The notes under the pieces are model-generated. The model was not told the DNA's origin. It did not search any database and saw nothing but the letters and a program-made list of their open reading frames with translations. Of a stretch of 64,000 bases of DNA, positions 26,401-37,599 are shown piece after piece. A program made the position numbers and the translations under genes. Source of the DNA: Amphiscolops sp. MND2022 (taxonomy: Eukaryota). Within the stretch, counting starts at the first letter, position 1. Each line of letters begins with the position of its first letter. Where the stretch lies: NCBI GenBank assembly GCA_964187785.1, contig OZ076411.1, positions 34,100,001 to 34,164,000 on the forward strand. Direction: 5' to 3'.

Positions 26401-27265
26401 ACCCGTATGTGAGGACATAATTTCAATGTGGATGTCCTACCCTCATTGGGCGCGTTGTGGTCAGCTGCGACAAGTTTTGGTTTTGGTTGTAACGATTACA
26501 GTTACTGGGACTTACGAGGCTAATTTTGATGATGAATCCCTTACGGCATCGGATACGGTTACCTTACTATCGAGTTTACACCTAGTGAGGAGCTGGCTTG
26601 CAGATTCGTTTGCGGGGCAGACACGAAAAAGGCTGCGAGGACTACTGCGTCTAGTGGAGTCAACTGACATGCTAGTCTCAAGGTTGACAGATGCGGTACG
26701 TGGGAAACCCTGGGACCAACTGCTGAAGGTAGGACTCGATCAGACTCTGGAGCGTAACGTTGGCATGTTGACCAATGACCTTAGCTCTGCTGTTGTACCG
26801 CTGATCGACGATTACAGGTCCGCAGCCGAGTTAAATGTTATGGAGGTTGTGACGACAAGCCCTATTCGACCATCGCCTAGTCCGAAAGTAAAGCGTTCTG
26901 TCGGGCCGACTAGAGGCAGAGGAGCTCGCAACCAAGCTGCTGTGCAGATTCCAATTGGGACTAGGGAAGTTGGCAAAAGCGGAAAAACGAGTAAGAAGTG
27001 TGGACGCCAATCTGAAGCTGGGAAGGACGGTCAAGGCCCGAGTATTCGCGGGCATCGTTGGAGACGAACAGATGGGAAGCCGCGTGGTGCTAAGACCCTG
27101 GTTTTGTCTAGTTGTACAAGCAGTCCTATATTACGAAGCCAGGAAAAGTCAGCGCCGAAACGAAAAACGAAGTGGACAGTTGTCGAATCCTCAGACGAAG
27201 ACTATTGGTTTTTACACTGTCATCGAAAACTTGTAACCCTATTGGTTAAAAAAGAAACTTCTTAG
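23418..27265 (+). pseudogene. Antisense, spliced cargo gene inside the Gypsy element; BED-like zinc finger plus a divergent hAT-transposase-like body (~1000 codons, at least 2 lesions)
   Basis: Proposed exons: 23418-23649, 23878-24006, 24159-24538, 24668-25332 (spans the gap), 25527-25737, 25875-27265. All five GT-AG introns (129-228 nt) are phase-compatible (1,1,1,0,1). There is a 1-nt frameshift near 24243 and an in-frame TGA at 24841. CLLC-x16-H-x5-H at 24778-24858. The last exon is a 463-codon open frame. Confidence 0.6.
24921..25120. other. Assembly gap (200 N)
   Basis: Run of N. The true length is unknown. Confidence 1.
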
Positions 27266-28899
27266 TGTGAAAGAAAAACTACTTCATTTTGCTAACTGTT
27301 TTGTTATTGCTCAATGCTATGAACTTGTTTTCCTCAATTTTATGATGGTGGTTTTATGCTTGGTTGCCATTGATGTTTTTACGAGTTTATATGTTTTGTT
27401 ATCATTGCATCGGGATTCACTCATTTATTTTTTCTTCTGCTGGCACCATAACCATAATGGAATTTACATGTTGCCTATGATATCTCAATTTTTTACATGT
27501 GAACTCCATTAGCTGGATTCAATTTGTTAGGTCGGTAGGCTCAGTTTTGCAATTCGTTCAGGTTCTGGTAGAGTAGTCGCTCGCGCAACTACCATTTGAA
27601 TGCTCTCACTCACCAAGCTCCACCTGTAAGTCAGCGTTGTTCTTTTTAATAGCTTACATATGACACGGGTGGAAACTTGGTGGGTGGGTGGAGCCGCTCT
27701 GCTCCTACAGATGATTTGAACGTGTTAAGTGGTTGCTTTTATACTACTCTAGTCGGTTTTTTGACAGGTGTTTACTAACATAAGTGTCATTCTGAGGTGT
27801 CGATCATTTTGCACTTTACATGTATTGTTTTTATCGTGAAATTAAGCGTTAGTTCTGACGTCGTCATCGCTGATGTGTGTCGTGAGACGTTATCACTCGC
27901 GACGGGTGTCAAATGTTACCGTCAATTTAATGGAAAATGGGTTTCCCCACGTCCAATAAACCTTTTGGCGAGGGGTGGTGTGTGCCATCCTTTGCTTCGA
28001 ATTTTGGTCATGTGGTGGGAGTGACTGCTTGTTTCATTACGTTGTTCTTTCTGACGCGAGGCGAAGCCTACGAATCACCAGTAAGAACAAAGGCGTCACG
28101 ACTTAAAAGTCGAGTAAAGGTGACGACTGCATGTAACTGTCCTTAAGGAGGAGTTTTTTTTGCTTTCAGTTCATTGGGAAAAACCCATACAAAACTAACA
28201 CCGAATCCACTTGCTAAAGAGCCAGCTTCATCTGAAGGTTTGACCAACCACACAGACGCGCTTTTGATGACGCACCCACACAGCCGAACCACATCATGAT
28301 TATTCGGGGCGGAAGTGTGAGACTAGGTTCTGGTGACGTAACTTAAATGAGTCGGCTAGTTCTTTTACATTCTCGATTGTGAACAGTTACGTGTTTGAAA
28401 GTGACTTAGTTTGGTTGATTCAGTGTTGGTGGATACAGAATTACAAAGCAATTCCTTTGAATTCGTGTGGTTGGAGTTTTTTGTGAATTGCATAATTTAG
28501 TAGCTCGTTTGCATGTGTTTTACATGTACTTAACAATTTCCGGTTAGAGTGATGTAGTGTATATGACTGCATTACATGTATTTATTTTCTCGCTCAGCTG
28601 TCTCGGTAGAGATTAACAATTTCTCTGCCGGTAAAGTCGAATATGGAGGACAGTGAGTCGTCACTGAATGGTGTAAAATAAATAGAATAATTCAATGGTA
28701 TGATTGGTACATGTGGTGGTATAGACTACATTGTATTGATTGCTTGTATTTTTTTTGGCTTGAAGAATTACGTTGCATGAATTTTAAAAGTGCGGGTTTT
28801 GCTTGCAGTTCATGAACAAGGAAGTTATCAAACATTTTAGGTACAGGTGCTTCGCGAAGGCTATATCTGGTATTATTGTTTCATGTGATCGGTTGAGAC

Positions 28900-30330
28900 G
28901 TTTAGGCAGATGATGTGGTCGATGCCGCATCATTATTCGACAGAATTTTGCTGTTCCGACTCGTCGGATTGGGTTTCAGGTTCAGTCCGGCGCGTACAGT
29001 CAGTGTGGACGGTTTCAGGCAGCGGGTTATGCAGAGATGACACCTCATGAACCCGTTTGTGTTCGTAATAAATTGTTCCATGCTCATAATCGTTGGTTTC
29101 AGTTTCGTTTGTGTCGAGGTCACATGTGTTTTCAGCTGCCGGTGATTGTTCGGGTGCAGGCAGATTATTGTTCAATTTTGTCTGATCGTCAATTGCGTCG
29201 GGGTCACTATAATGTCGGGCTGCATCGTCTTGTATGTCTTCAATCGGTTCATGTGCTACGAATGGGCGGGGCCGCATTCTATGTACACACTGCGTTCTGA
29301 AGGTACCGATTTTTCTGACGGTATAGTTCGATTGCGTCAAGACCTTAACGACCTTGTAAGGTCCTTCCCATTTGAAGGAGTTAAAGGGGATCTTTTCTGA
29401 TTGCGTGTTAATTTTAGGGTTCAGTAAAAAGACAAAGTCGTTTAATTTTAATGGTGATGCTTGAGCTTTGCGATCGTAGTACGCTTTTTACTTATGGAAG
29501 GCTCGGATAATGTTGGTATGCGTTTCTTTGAATTTGGCGTTCCGATTGTCCACTAACGACTGTGTATCAGTGGCAATTTTCCGTGAACTGAGAGGGTTGC
29601 CAAATTTTAGGTCTAGTGCGTTGTATGACACGCGGCCGTGGAAAACTTCGGTCGGTGAACATTTCAGTGTTTGGTGGTGTTGTGTGCCATGACGGCGAGA
29701 TTGACGTATCGGTCCCACTGTGGGCGGTCTGCAGAGACGTTTATTTTCAGAATTTGTTTTAAACGTTGATGTGACCTTTCGATCATCCCAATAGTTTGGG
29801 CTTGTTTGATTGTCGCGTGGGAGACTTTGATTCCGGCTTTGTTCATCAGTTCTGTTATGACATGTGATGTGAAGGCAGAGCCTTTGTCAGTGATGATGTG
29901 CTTCGGTACATACGCATGTTTCGTGAAAATGTCTAGCAGAGCGTCAACGACGGATTTCGTATCAGGTTTGCGTATCGGAATAGCAAACAGGTATCGTGAG
30001 AAGTAGTCACAGGCTGTCAGAATGTGTGAGTACCCATTAGATTGTGGTAACTCACCGACGAGGTCAATTTCCAGAACATCTTCAGCACCGTTGCAGGGGT
30101 CATAGATTGGTTCAAGTGGTGGTGTTACCGAGCTGGGTTTTACAGGTTTCGCTTTAATACAGTCTTGATAGCTGTTAACAAAATTTGAAATTTGTCGGCT
30201 TAGTTCGGAATGTAGTACCTTTTCCTGAGTTCACCTAACATTTTTGAAGCTCCAGGGTGTCCCTGCATGGGGTCTCCATGCATCGTCCTGATTATGTCTT
30301 CCGTAGTTTCTGGAGGAACTACAAATTGTC
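28900..30330 (-). pseudogene. pol: Gypsy integrase (frameshifted) and C-terminal tail
   Basis: Minus strand: HGVSKNHPGTP-like zinc-binding region, IDLVGELPQSNG, KHIITDKGSAF, HAT..HAQTIGMIERSHQRLKQIL, WDRYVNLAVMAHNT. No chromodomain seen. Confidence 0.85.
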
Positions 30331-30577
30331 GGTAAGCTAAGTTTCCTACGTTGTCGAAAAACTGCCTGTACAACACGTTGTTGACGTCTTCAAGTCTTTT
30401 ACGGTTTTTGAAAAGTTTTTGGAAAAAGGTACTTGCAAAGTTAACTAGGTTTGGAGGGGTTTCTTGCGCAGTAAGGATCCCAATTACCCGTTGAACGTCA
30501 CTGTTTTCGCCTTGAGCCTTAACAATCTCTGAATTCCCCGAAGGGCATACCTGATTTACTGTGTGAACCTGGTTCCG

Positions 30578-31900
30578 TTAGTAGAATCGGGTGAAGAACA
30601 GTGTTGGATCAGAGGGCGTCACAAATGGTTGAACCTGGGTCTTGATATCGTCAATGCGTCTACGATATTTGTCGTCGTCTTCGTGACACCATTGAGGGAA
30701 CATCGCCAGGAGTGACTGCATTACTGGGTTCGGTGATGTTGTTGTGTCGGGTACATTCGTCTCGTCTGGAATGTATTCTTCCTCCTCATCATCCTGCTTG
30801 GGCGTTTTTGAGACCAGATCGATTTCGACTCTGAAAACTGGTATTTCATCATGTAGTTTGAGGTGGATTCTGTCCTTAGGGTGGATTTCGATTCTGGACA
30901 GGTAGACTGCTGCTGGATTTTTGACACCAGCATTATGGGCCAGAACGAAGTCGAATTGGAGAGCTTGATCACAGTAGTTCCATATTTTTGGTGGTATTCG
31001 TTTAGACTGGAAGAATCTGGTGAGTGCCTTGTTATCAGTCATGACAATTGTTGGTTTCTTCCTTCCCCACAGGATATGGGCGAACTCGTCAAATGCGAAG
31101 TCCATGGCCAGGAATTCTTTCGCGTACACCGTGAGTGACATTTGGCCCTCGGTGAACCTTTGAGATCCAAAGGCTACTGGTGCATATGACTTCGTTGGTC
31201 CATCGTTGATTTCAGTGTAGTCTTCGATCAGAAGAACGTAGCAGGCTGCGTGCTCGCTAGCATCGCACATTATCACTAGTTGTTTGTCTGGAAGTGGTAA
31301 TCGCAGGGACATTTTGGCAGCATTTGCGAGGTTCTCATTGATGTCGAATATGGCGTCTTTGTGGATCTGGGTGAGTTCGTACTTGACATCTTTCTGTAAC
31401 AACTTGTATAGCGGAACCAGTTTTTCAGCTAGCCTCGGGATGTACTGACGGTAGAACTGTACATATCCAATATACCGTTGTAGTGACTTCACAGACGTCG
31501 GAAGTTTGATGTTCTTCAGAAATTTGTCAATTTTTTTTCGATGGGCGCGATGCCTTTGGTAGTGATGCTTTTGCTAAGGAATTCGATTTCGGGGTGACCA
31601 AAAGCACACTTCGCCATTGACAGCTTTAGACCGGCCTGTCTGATTTTGGTGAATACTGCTTCAATGTTGTTGACTAGCTCTTCGGCAGTGTTGGCAGCAA
31701 TGCCGATGTCGTCAACGTATTGGGCGCATTTGTCTGCCTTGACCAAGGGGTCAAAGTACTCACGGACAGTACTGTTGAAGGCTGACAGGGACCGGTTGAA
31801 GCCTTGGGCTAACCTGAGGAAGGCCAAGGTCCTACTTCCAAAGTTGAACGCAAGCAACTGAATTGACTGCTCATCCGCCATCTGGAGTGTTTGGGAGTCA
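30578..31900 (-). pseudogene. pol: Gypsy RT (N-terminal half deleted) and RNase H
   Basis: RLAQGFNRSLSAF, CAQYVDDIGIA, KSLQRYIGYVQFYRQYIP, IMCDASEHA, KEFLA, VMTDNKAL. The junction at ~31890 removes the start of RT. Confidence 0.88.
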
Positions 31901-32230
31901 ATTTTATCTTGAATTCGGTGTCGATCCCGATGTCCAGTCTGTGTCGCACGAAGGTGTCATGGTACTTGACCAATAGTGCCTCAATTTCTTGTTTTTTATG
32001 AAGGTTCAGTATTGATTGTTCCCACTTGAAGTTCGCCAAGAATTCTTGTCTTTCTTCCTTATTTGATGTTGGGTCCAGTTTTTCTTCAGCTCTGAGTTTG
32101 ACGATCTCGTCGTAGATGCGTCTCTCAATCAAGATGTGGTTCAGAACTGGCGTGGCCTCGTCTGGGTATTGCGTGATCAGATTGAGTTGGTGGCTCGTCA
32201 TCGGTTGCAGATTGTTTGCCTGTTTTGGAG

Positions 32231-33012
32231 TCATAATTTTGAATGACGCCACACTGCTGTCTCCACATTGATCGTGATCTGGTAATCTAGTGGGTTGGTG
32301 ATCTGCACATGCGATCGTCCCTCTCGGGTCTCGCTGAGAGCCGGAGATACCAGTAAGTGTGAACGCCTCTCGAAGGCGTGTAGTCCTTCAACAGTGCCAG
32401 TGTTGTCTCCCAGATCTCGTTCAAATACCACTGGGACGAACACTTGTTGGTTGGGTTGGATTACCATTTTCTGAGTCGTTTTCAGTTCGTGAAGTTTACT
32501 TTTGAAGTTCCTGTTGACAGGGCGTAGTTGGAGGGTGATATGTTGTTGGCTAAGTCCAGGGTTACTGAGTACTTCTTGAAGAACGACATTCCGAAGAGGA
32601 CATTTCCCATAGTTGGGAGGACCATGAATGTTTCTTCGAAGACCCTGCCGCCAATTAAGAATCGTAGTAACACCTGCTTCCTGACGGGAACACTGCTGCC
32701 ATTGGCGATTTGGACTTTGAACTCTGGGGCGGGGAGTTCTTGGAGGAGGGCTGCTGGGTGTCCTGAAAGAATTCGTCGGAGTTCTGCTTCCGACAGTACG
32801 CTCTGGATCGCGCCAGTGTCAAGGAGACCAAAATTTTCGTACTCACGAAATTGGAGAGGCACATATAGCATCTTGTCCTTTCTGTTGAGCTGCAATGTGG
32901 CACTCAACTGTCTGATTTCGTATTTCGGTTTCTTCGGTGGGTTGTGATGTTTGGGGGATGAAGGCTGATTGTCAGCGTTTGGTAGCTCAGGTAGGGTGCT
33001 GTCTTGACACAC
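32231..33012 (-). pseudogene. pol: Gypsy aspartic protease followed by a beta-rich PR-RT spacer domain
   Basis: GLLDTGAIQSVLSE and VLFGMSFFKKY in ORF 32482-33012. Spacer VIQPNQQVFVPV...LLVSPALS...VQITNP at 32231-32467. Confidence 0.85.
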
Positions 33013-33229
33013 TGGATTGATGTTGTCATATTCGGGTCCTCGTTTCGTTTCTCTTTGTTTGATTGTATAGTTGTCAGTGGAATGTCTTGTGATAACGAAG
33101 TTTGTAGTCTCTTTAGTATAGGTTGAAGGACGGGACTGCCACCCCGTGTAGTTTTTAGTTGTTGGTCGTTTTTGAGTAGTAGTCGGTTGTCGTTGATCTT
33201 GGTGCGCACTTTTGGTTTGTGAATTTGGA

Positions 33230-34250
33230 TGACGTGGCTTTAGAAGTTTTTTGGGTGCTCCTCGTCATCATGTCGCTCAGTTTCCTCAGCATTGTCGGTT
33301 TCATCGTTGGTGGTGTGGGACAGTTCATTGGTAGTGTAGACCCTGTTGTTGGTCTGTCTGAAATCTTTTCGAAATTGTTTATTCTCCTCTGTCGACTGCT
33401 TAGAATACGGGACGCTGCGGTAGGCTGACGTCGTCGTATTTCTGTAGTAGCAGTCCCGGGCGGAGTGTCCCACTTTGCCACAGATTTGGCACACCAGTTT
33501 GGGGTTGTATTTGGGTTTGATTTCCTGGGTGTGAGTTGGTTGGCTGGCTGTTGTTGGTTGTGATTGGTTGTTTTGTTATGCGCTTCCTCTCTGAGGCGCT
33601 TTCTGCATTCAGCCCACTCATGTCCAGTGATTCCACAGTGGCGGCATTGATCGTCGAATTATCGTTTTGTCTCTCTGTTTTGGGTTGGTTGGGAGTTGGA
33701 CGACGCGGGTGCTGCTACATTGGGTTGTGGTGCGCTTATTTGATTGAATGGTTGCGCTGTAGTTGTATTTGGAATGAGCTGAGCGTATTGACATCTGCGT
33801 TGGACAAATGTCCGGATTTCCTCCATGGATGCGTCATGTTTCCCTGCCATGGCCAATTCATTTTGCATCTGGACGGGGAGTTTGGCGAATAGGAACGTTT
33901 CTGTGAGATCGCTTGATTTGTCTCCAAAGGCTTGTTTTGCCACTTTCTTAAATTTGTTCAGAAAGTCGTTGAACGTCTCTGCTGACGGGTCGTAGCGCAT
34001 TTGGTCAAATTTGTACTTAGCTACTTCCTTCAGATCTTCCTTCGCATATTCTTTCTTGAAGTAGCGTAGAACTTGGGCGAGTGTAGTTTGGCTTGTCATT
34101 TTTAAGGATTGCCAGAATTCGATGGCGTCGTCTCGCAGCAGGCTCTGAAAACATGTCAGTTTCTGCTCTTCTGAGAACTTGTGCTGATGCGGTCTGAGGT
34201 GATTGAGCCGCAAGTGCTCGAATTCGTTAAATTTTTCCCGATTAATATAT
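33230..34250 (-). pseudogene. gag: Gypsy gag (5'-truncated) with a CCHC knuckle
   Basis: EKFNEFEHLRLNHLRPHQHKFSEEQKLTCFQSLLRDDAIEFWQ...; CQICGKVGHSARDC at ~33490. Confidence 0.85.
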
Positions 34251-34378
34251 GTTTATTAATCTGAGACGATTAAAGCATCGGCTTTAGGTGCAGACAATTG
34301 CAATTGAATAACAGATTACGACCACTTGATTGCTCTTCTTTCAATTATAATATTCTTTTGTCATTCTATTTACTTTGC

Positions 34379-35477
34379 TGTCGGAACGTGTACAGTTCTT
34401 ATCTGACGCTATACTTGGTTTGCTCCCTTCTCCAACATTGGAGATAACTTCTCGATTAGAGCCAATACTAGTCCAGTAAGATCGCTATTGTGTTTATTCA
34501 TGTCTATAAAGCGTTGATCGATCGATCTTTGTTCTGAAGTGCAATCAGTACGGATAAGACTTCCGTTGTCTAACTCATCAATTGGGTCTCTGGAAAGGAC
34601 CTCAGGGACACTATATTCACTTTCGGTATCACTATTTCCATCATGCCTAACCATTCCTCTCATGAATACTGGAATAGAACGTTCTGTTCGGGAACGCGCG
34701 TTGACCATTGTGAAAAATAATTAGAGTTTTAAGGTTTTATTGTTTCGATGGAGGTTAGTTTATATAGCTAAATGAGTGAAATTCGCTCGTATATTTCAAG
34801 TATGTAGGTGGTAACCAATCGTCAAGGTACAAACTATTCTATTGGTAGCACATATTTGCTTCGTGTTAGTTATGCGACGTTGGTCACGTGACCACATCAA
34901 CCAATCATATTGTGGTATTCATTCACACCTTGGTAGGTGATTGCGCAATTTGTGTCTAAACTTGTTATAGCACAGGAATGGTGTGCAATCGTGTTACTAT
35001 GGCTACATGACTCACTAATTGGTACACTTGGTAATATGATGATGGTAGTATGGGCTCATCATAGCACGGTAAAAATAATACGTTCACTATATACATATAT
35101 GTAGTAATGCACTGTAATGTTAATGACGTTGCGCATATAGCTCGTTGGTTGGGTAATGGTACTGATTGTACTTTGTGAGCACCAAATGAATGAAGTAAAA
35201 ACTAATGATGATACATTAACTACGTCATCGGCTAAATGTTACGAGGTTGATTTTAATGAGTATATGTAAAAAGGGTTGGTTATCGTTATTAAATAGTTGG
35301 AACTGTTCGAGATTAAATATAGTAGATGCATGTAGGAAGTTTGAGTTTTATTTGCTTGATGCAGTTTTCTCGACTACGTTCCCTTCTTTCAGTTTCCAAT
35401 CAAGTTTTCGTCTAATACCATCTTCCTTCTAGATGTCGTGTGGTTAAGTTTAATATACTCATGCGTCAGGCATGACA
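34379..35477 (-). repeat. 5' LTR (1099 bp) of the large Gypsy
   Basis: TG...CA termini. TTTGC on both sides. Contains the ORF MVNARSRTERSIP (34708 to 34409). Confidence 0.88.
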
Positions 35478-35545
35478 TTTGCCATGGGAATACTCATGTG
35501 AAGATGATTTCATGTGCAGAATATGTGGTTAGGAGACAGTGTGCC

Positions 35546-35950
35546 CCAAGCCACAAATCGTCCCAATTTCCAAAAAGAGAGAATTTGCTCTAAGCGGCTG
35601 TTCGGCCCGTTTGTGAAAAACGACAATTCGTTCCAAATTGTTCAATTGATCAGCTTTGTTCAACTTGTTTAATTGAACAACTGTTTGAAGACTGAAATCA
35701 AAGAGTTTTAACTTTCAAATATTGAACTACTGATGAATGTGAACGAAGATTGTCCAGTTTGCCAAAATGAGGCCCTATTAGTTGGTGGTAATTGTTGGTG
35801 AATGTCTCAAAATGTAATATTTCCGGATTATCCTTTATTTCAACGGTATTTATTGGCAAAAAAGCTGGGGAAGAATTGCAGACTTCAACATTTGGGACGA
35901 ACTGTTGCTATTTAAAATGGGACGAATTGTCGCTTTGGACGAATTGCTGC
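35546..35950. mobile_element. Foldback/Mutator-like MITE with repeated subterminal motifs
   Basis: AAGCCACAAATCGTCCCAA on the left versus reverse complement AAGCGACAATTCGTCCCAT on the right. Several GGGACGAA(T/C)TG copies at 35890-35945. TSD not identified. Confidence 0.45.
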
Positions 35951-37599
35951 TCTACTGGGGAGTTTGTTTCTGTTTTATTAAGTGAGCTGTAAATGCTATC
36001 CGGACTGATGCTTGGGCTAGATTTCATCAGCACATTGAAACCTTCTTCCGAAGTGAGTTCCAGACCCAACAAAACTCAGGAAATCTGAAATCTTTCACCT
36101 ACTTGATGGCGATTATCTGAGAACCTAACAGCACAGCATCATTGTGGTTATAAAACTATTAAAGTTTCTGTTTATTTGAAATCTGATGGTGACTCCCACA
36201 GGAAGTGCACTGGTCTCCTCTTCCTACAGTGATGGATCTTTTCAACTAAGTAGACAATGTCATGTGGATCATGGACTGTGTTATGTATGCCATGGATTGC
36301 AACAAACAAGGGGACTAGAGTCAATGTAATAATGTTCTCACTGGCTTCACTCTAAATGTCTACAACTATAAAAGGCAGTATCGCATATATATCCTCTTCT
36401 GAAAACTTCTATCACTTTTGTGATTCGTGAGCTGGCTACTGTTTGATGACTCAAATGAAAATGCTAAACCTAATGAACTCGAAAAGAAATCAAAACATTT
36501 GCCTGAAATGTCATTGAACAAAAATTGCCGAACAAAATTTCTTCAACCACGAAAGAACCAAACTAATGGACTGAAGTGTGGTTTAATAAGAACTGGATTT
36601 GGACGAGTTCACGGGTGCTTACCGAGTTTTCCAAAAAAAATACTCTTGATATTAGACCTAGTGTGAACTCTGACCGAAATCATTCTAAGATCTAAAAGAA
36701 AAATGACTAACAAAATGAACAATTTAAAACGATTTAACTATTAGAAATCATAATTAAAATACGTATCTTTGGAAAGATCATAGCTAAAACTGAAACGAAC
36801 AAACATCAAAAGGTAGACAAACAAACATTAAGTTTTTCTGAGGAAAGCAGATTGAATGGACTTTGAAAGGCAATTAAAACGGATTAAGACGATGTTACGT
36901 TGCTGAGTGATCAAAAATGGCCGCAGATGGTATTCAAATATTACTTTTTGACGTCACAGTCCCGACTAGGCGTAGCAACGAAATTTCAATTCCACGACGT
37001 GACTGCAGCGGACAAGAAATCATTCCAAATATGCGTCGACACTACAACAGACTGAGCAGTCTGCCAAGTTTGCCAACAAATTCTCGTCAACACTACGTCA
37101 CAAACTTTAAAAAATTACAAGATTTAGCTAGTATTAAATATAAGAGAAATGTCTGTTCAGGAGAAAAGAAAACTTTTCAGTAGAAAAGAAAACGTCTTAG
37201 CATTATGGTAAGTTAAAATTCACGTCGACTATCAAGGTATCATATTATTACGTCCGTCTTGCGTCAACTGAATTCGGGAAACAACTAAAATGAGGTTTAA
37301 GAATATTTTGTCAAGTTTATCACAAGATCATTGTGTTTGATAATTCCTATAGAAAGTCACAGTTTTTATTCCTGACGTGAAACGAGACGATGTTTGTGTT
37401 GTCTGCCTTAATTTTGAGAAACTGTTAAAAAAAAGACGTCGCTTTGACGTAACATTGACGATGGTTGAATTGACTGGTTTCGTAACACTTGAACGATTGC
37501 AATTGATAAACTTTTTCAAAGTTTGATACGATGTTTCAAGTACCTGATAAATCCGTTGCCTGTCATATGAAAGTCTATCCATTCCATGTAGTATTAAAT

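Larger units (their letters stand above)
20894..35477 (-). mobile_element. Large (14.6 kb) Ty3/Gypsy LTR retrotransposon with a ~7-kb extra 3' region
   Basis: Direct-repeat LTRs at 20894-21995 and 34379-35477 read TGTCATG...CCGACA on the minus strand. TTTGC lies at 20889-20893 and 35478-35482. A PPT-like tract is next to the left LTR. gag, PR, RT, RH and IN lie in Gypsy order between 34250 and ~28900. Confidence 0.88.

Noticed and set aside
26300-27265. The cargo ORF as an env-like gene
   Set aside because: It is antisense to gag-pol, has no signal peptide, furin site or C-terminal TM anchor, and its tail is basic/Ser-rich like a nuclear protein.
23650-27652. Apparent 27-32-nt micro-introns (23650-23678, 24024-24050, 24641-24667, 25738-25769, 27626-27652)
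   Set aside because: Longer introns of 129-228 nt sharing these donors or acceptors give a cleaner frame and recover the BED-like finger. The short versions mostly lead to stops.
35990-36400. Possible small host exons (e.g. CTAG|ATTTCATC...CCGAA|GTGAGT)
   Set aside because: Too short, with no recognisable protein or consistent chain of exons.
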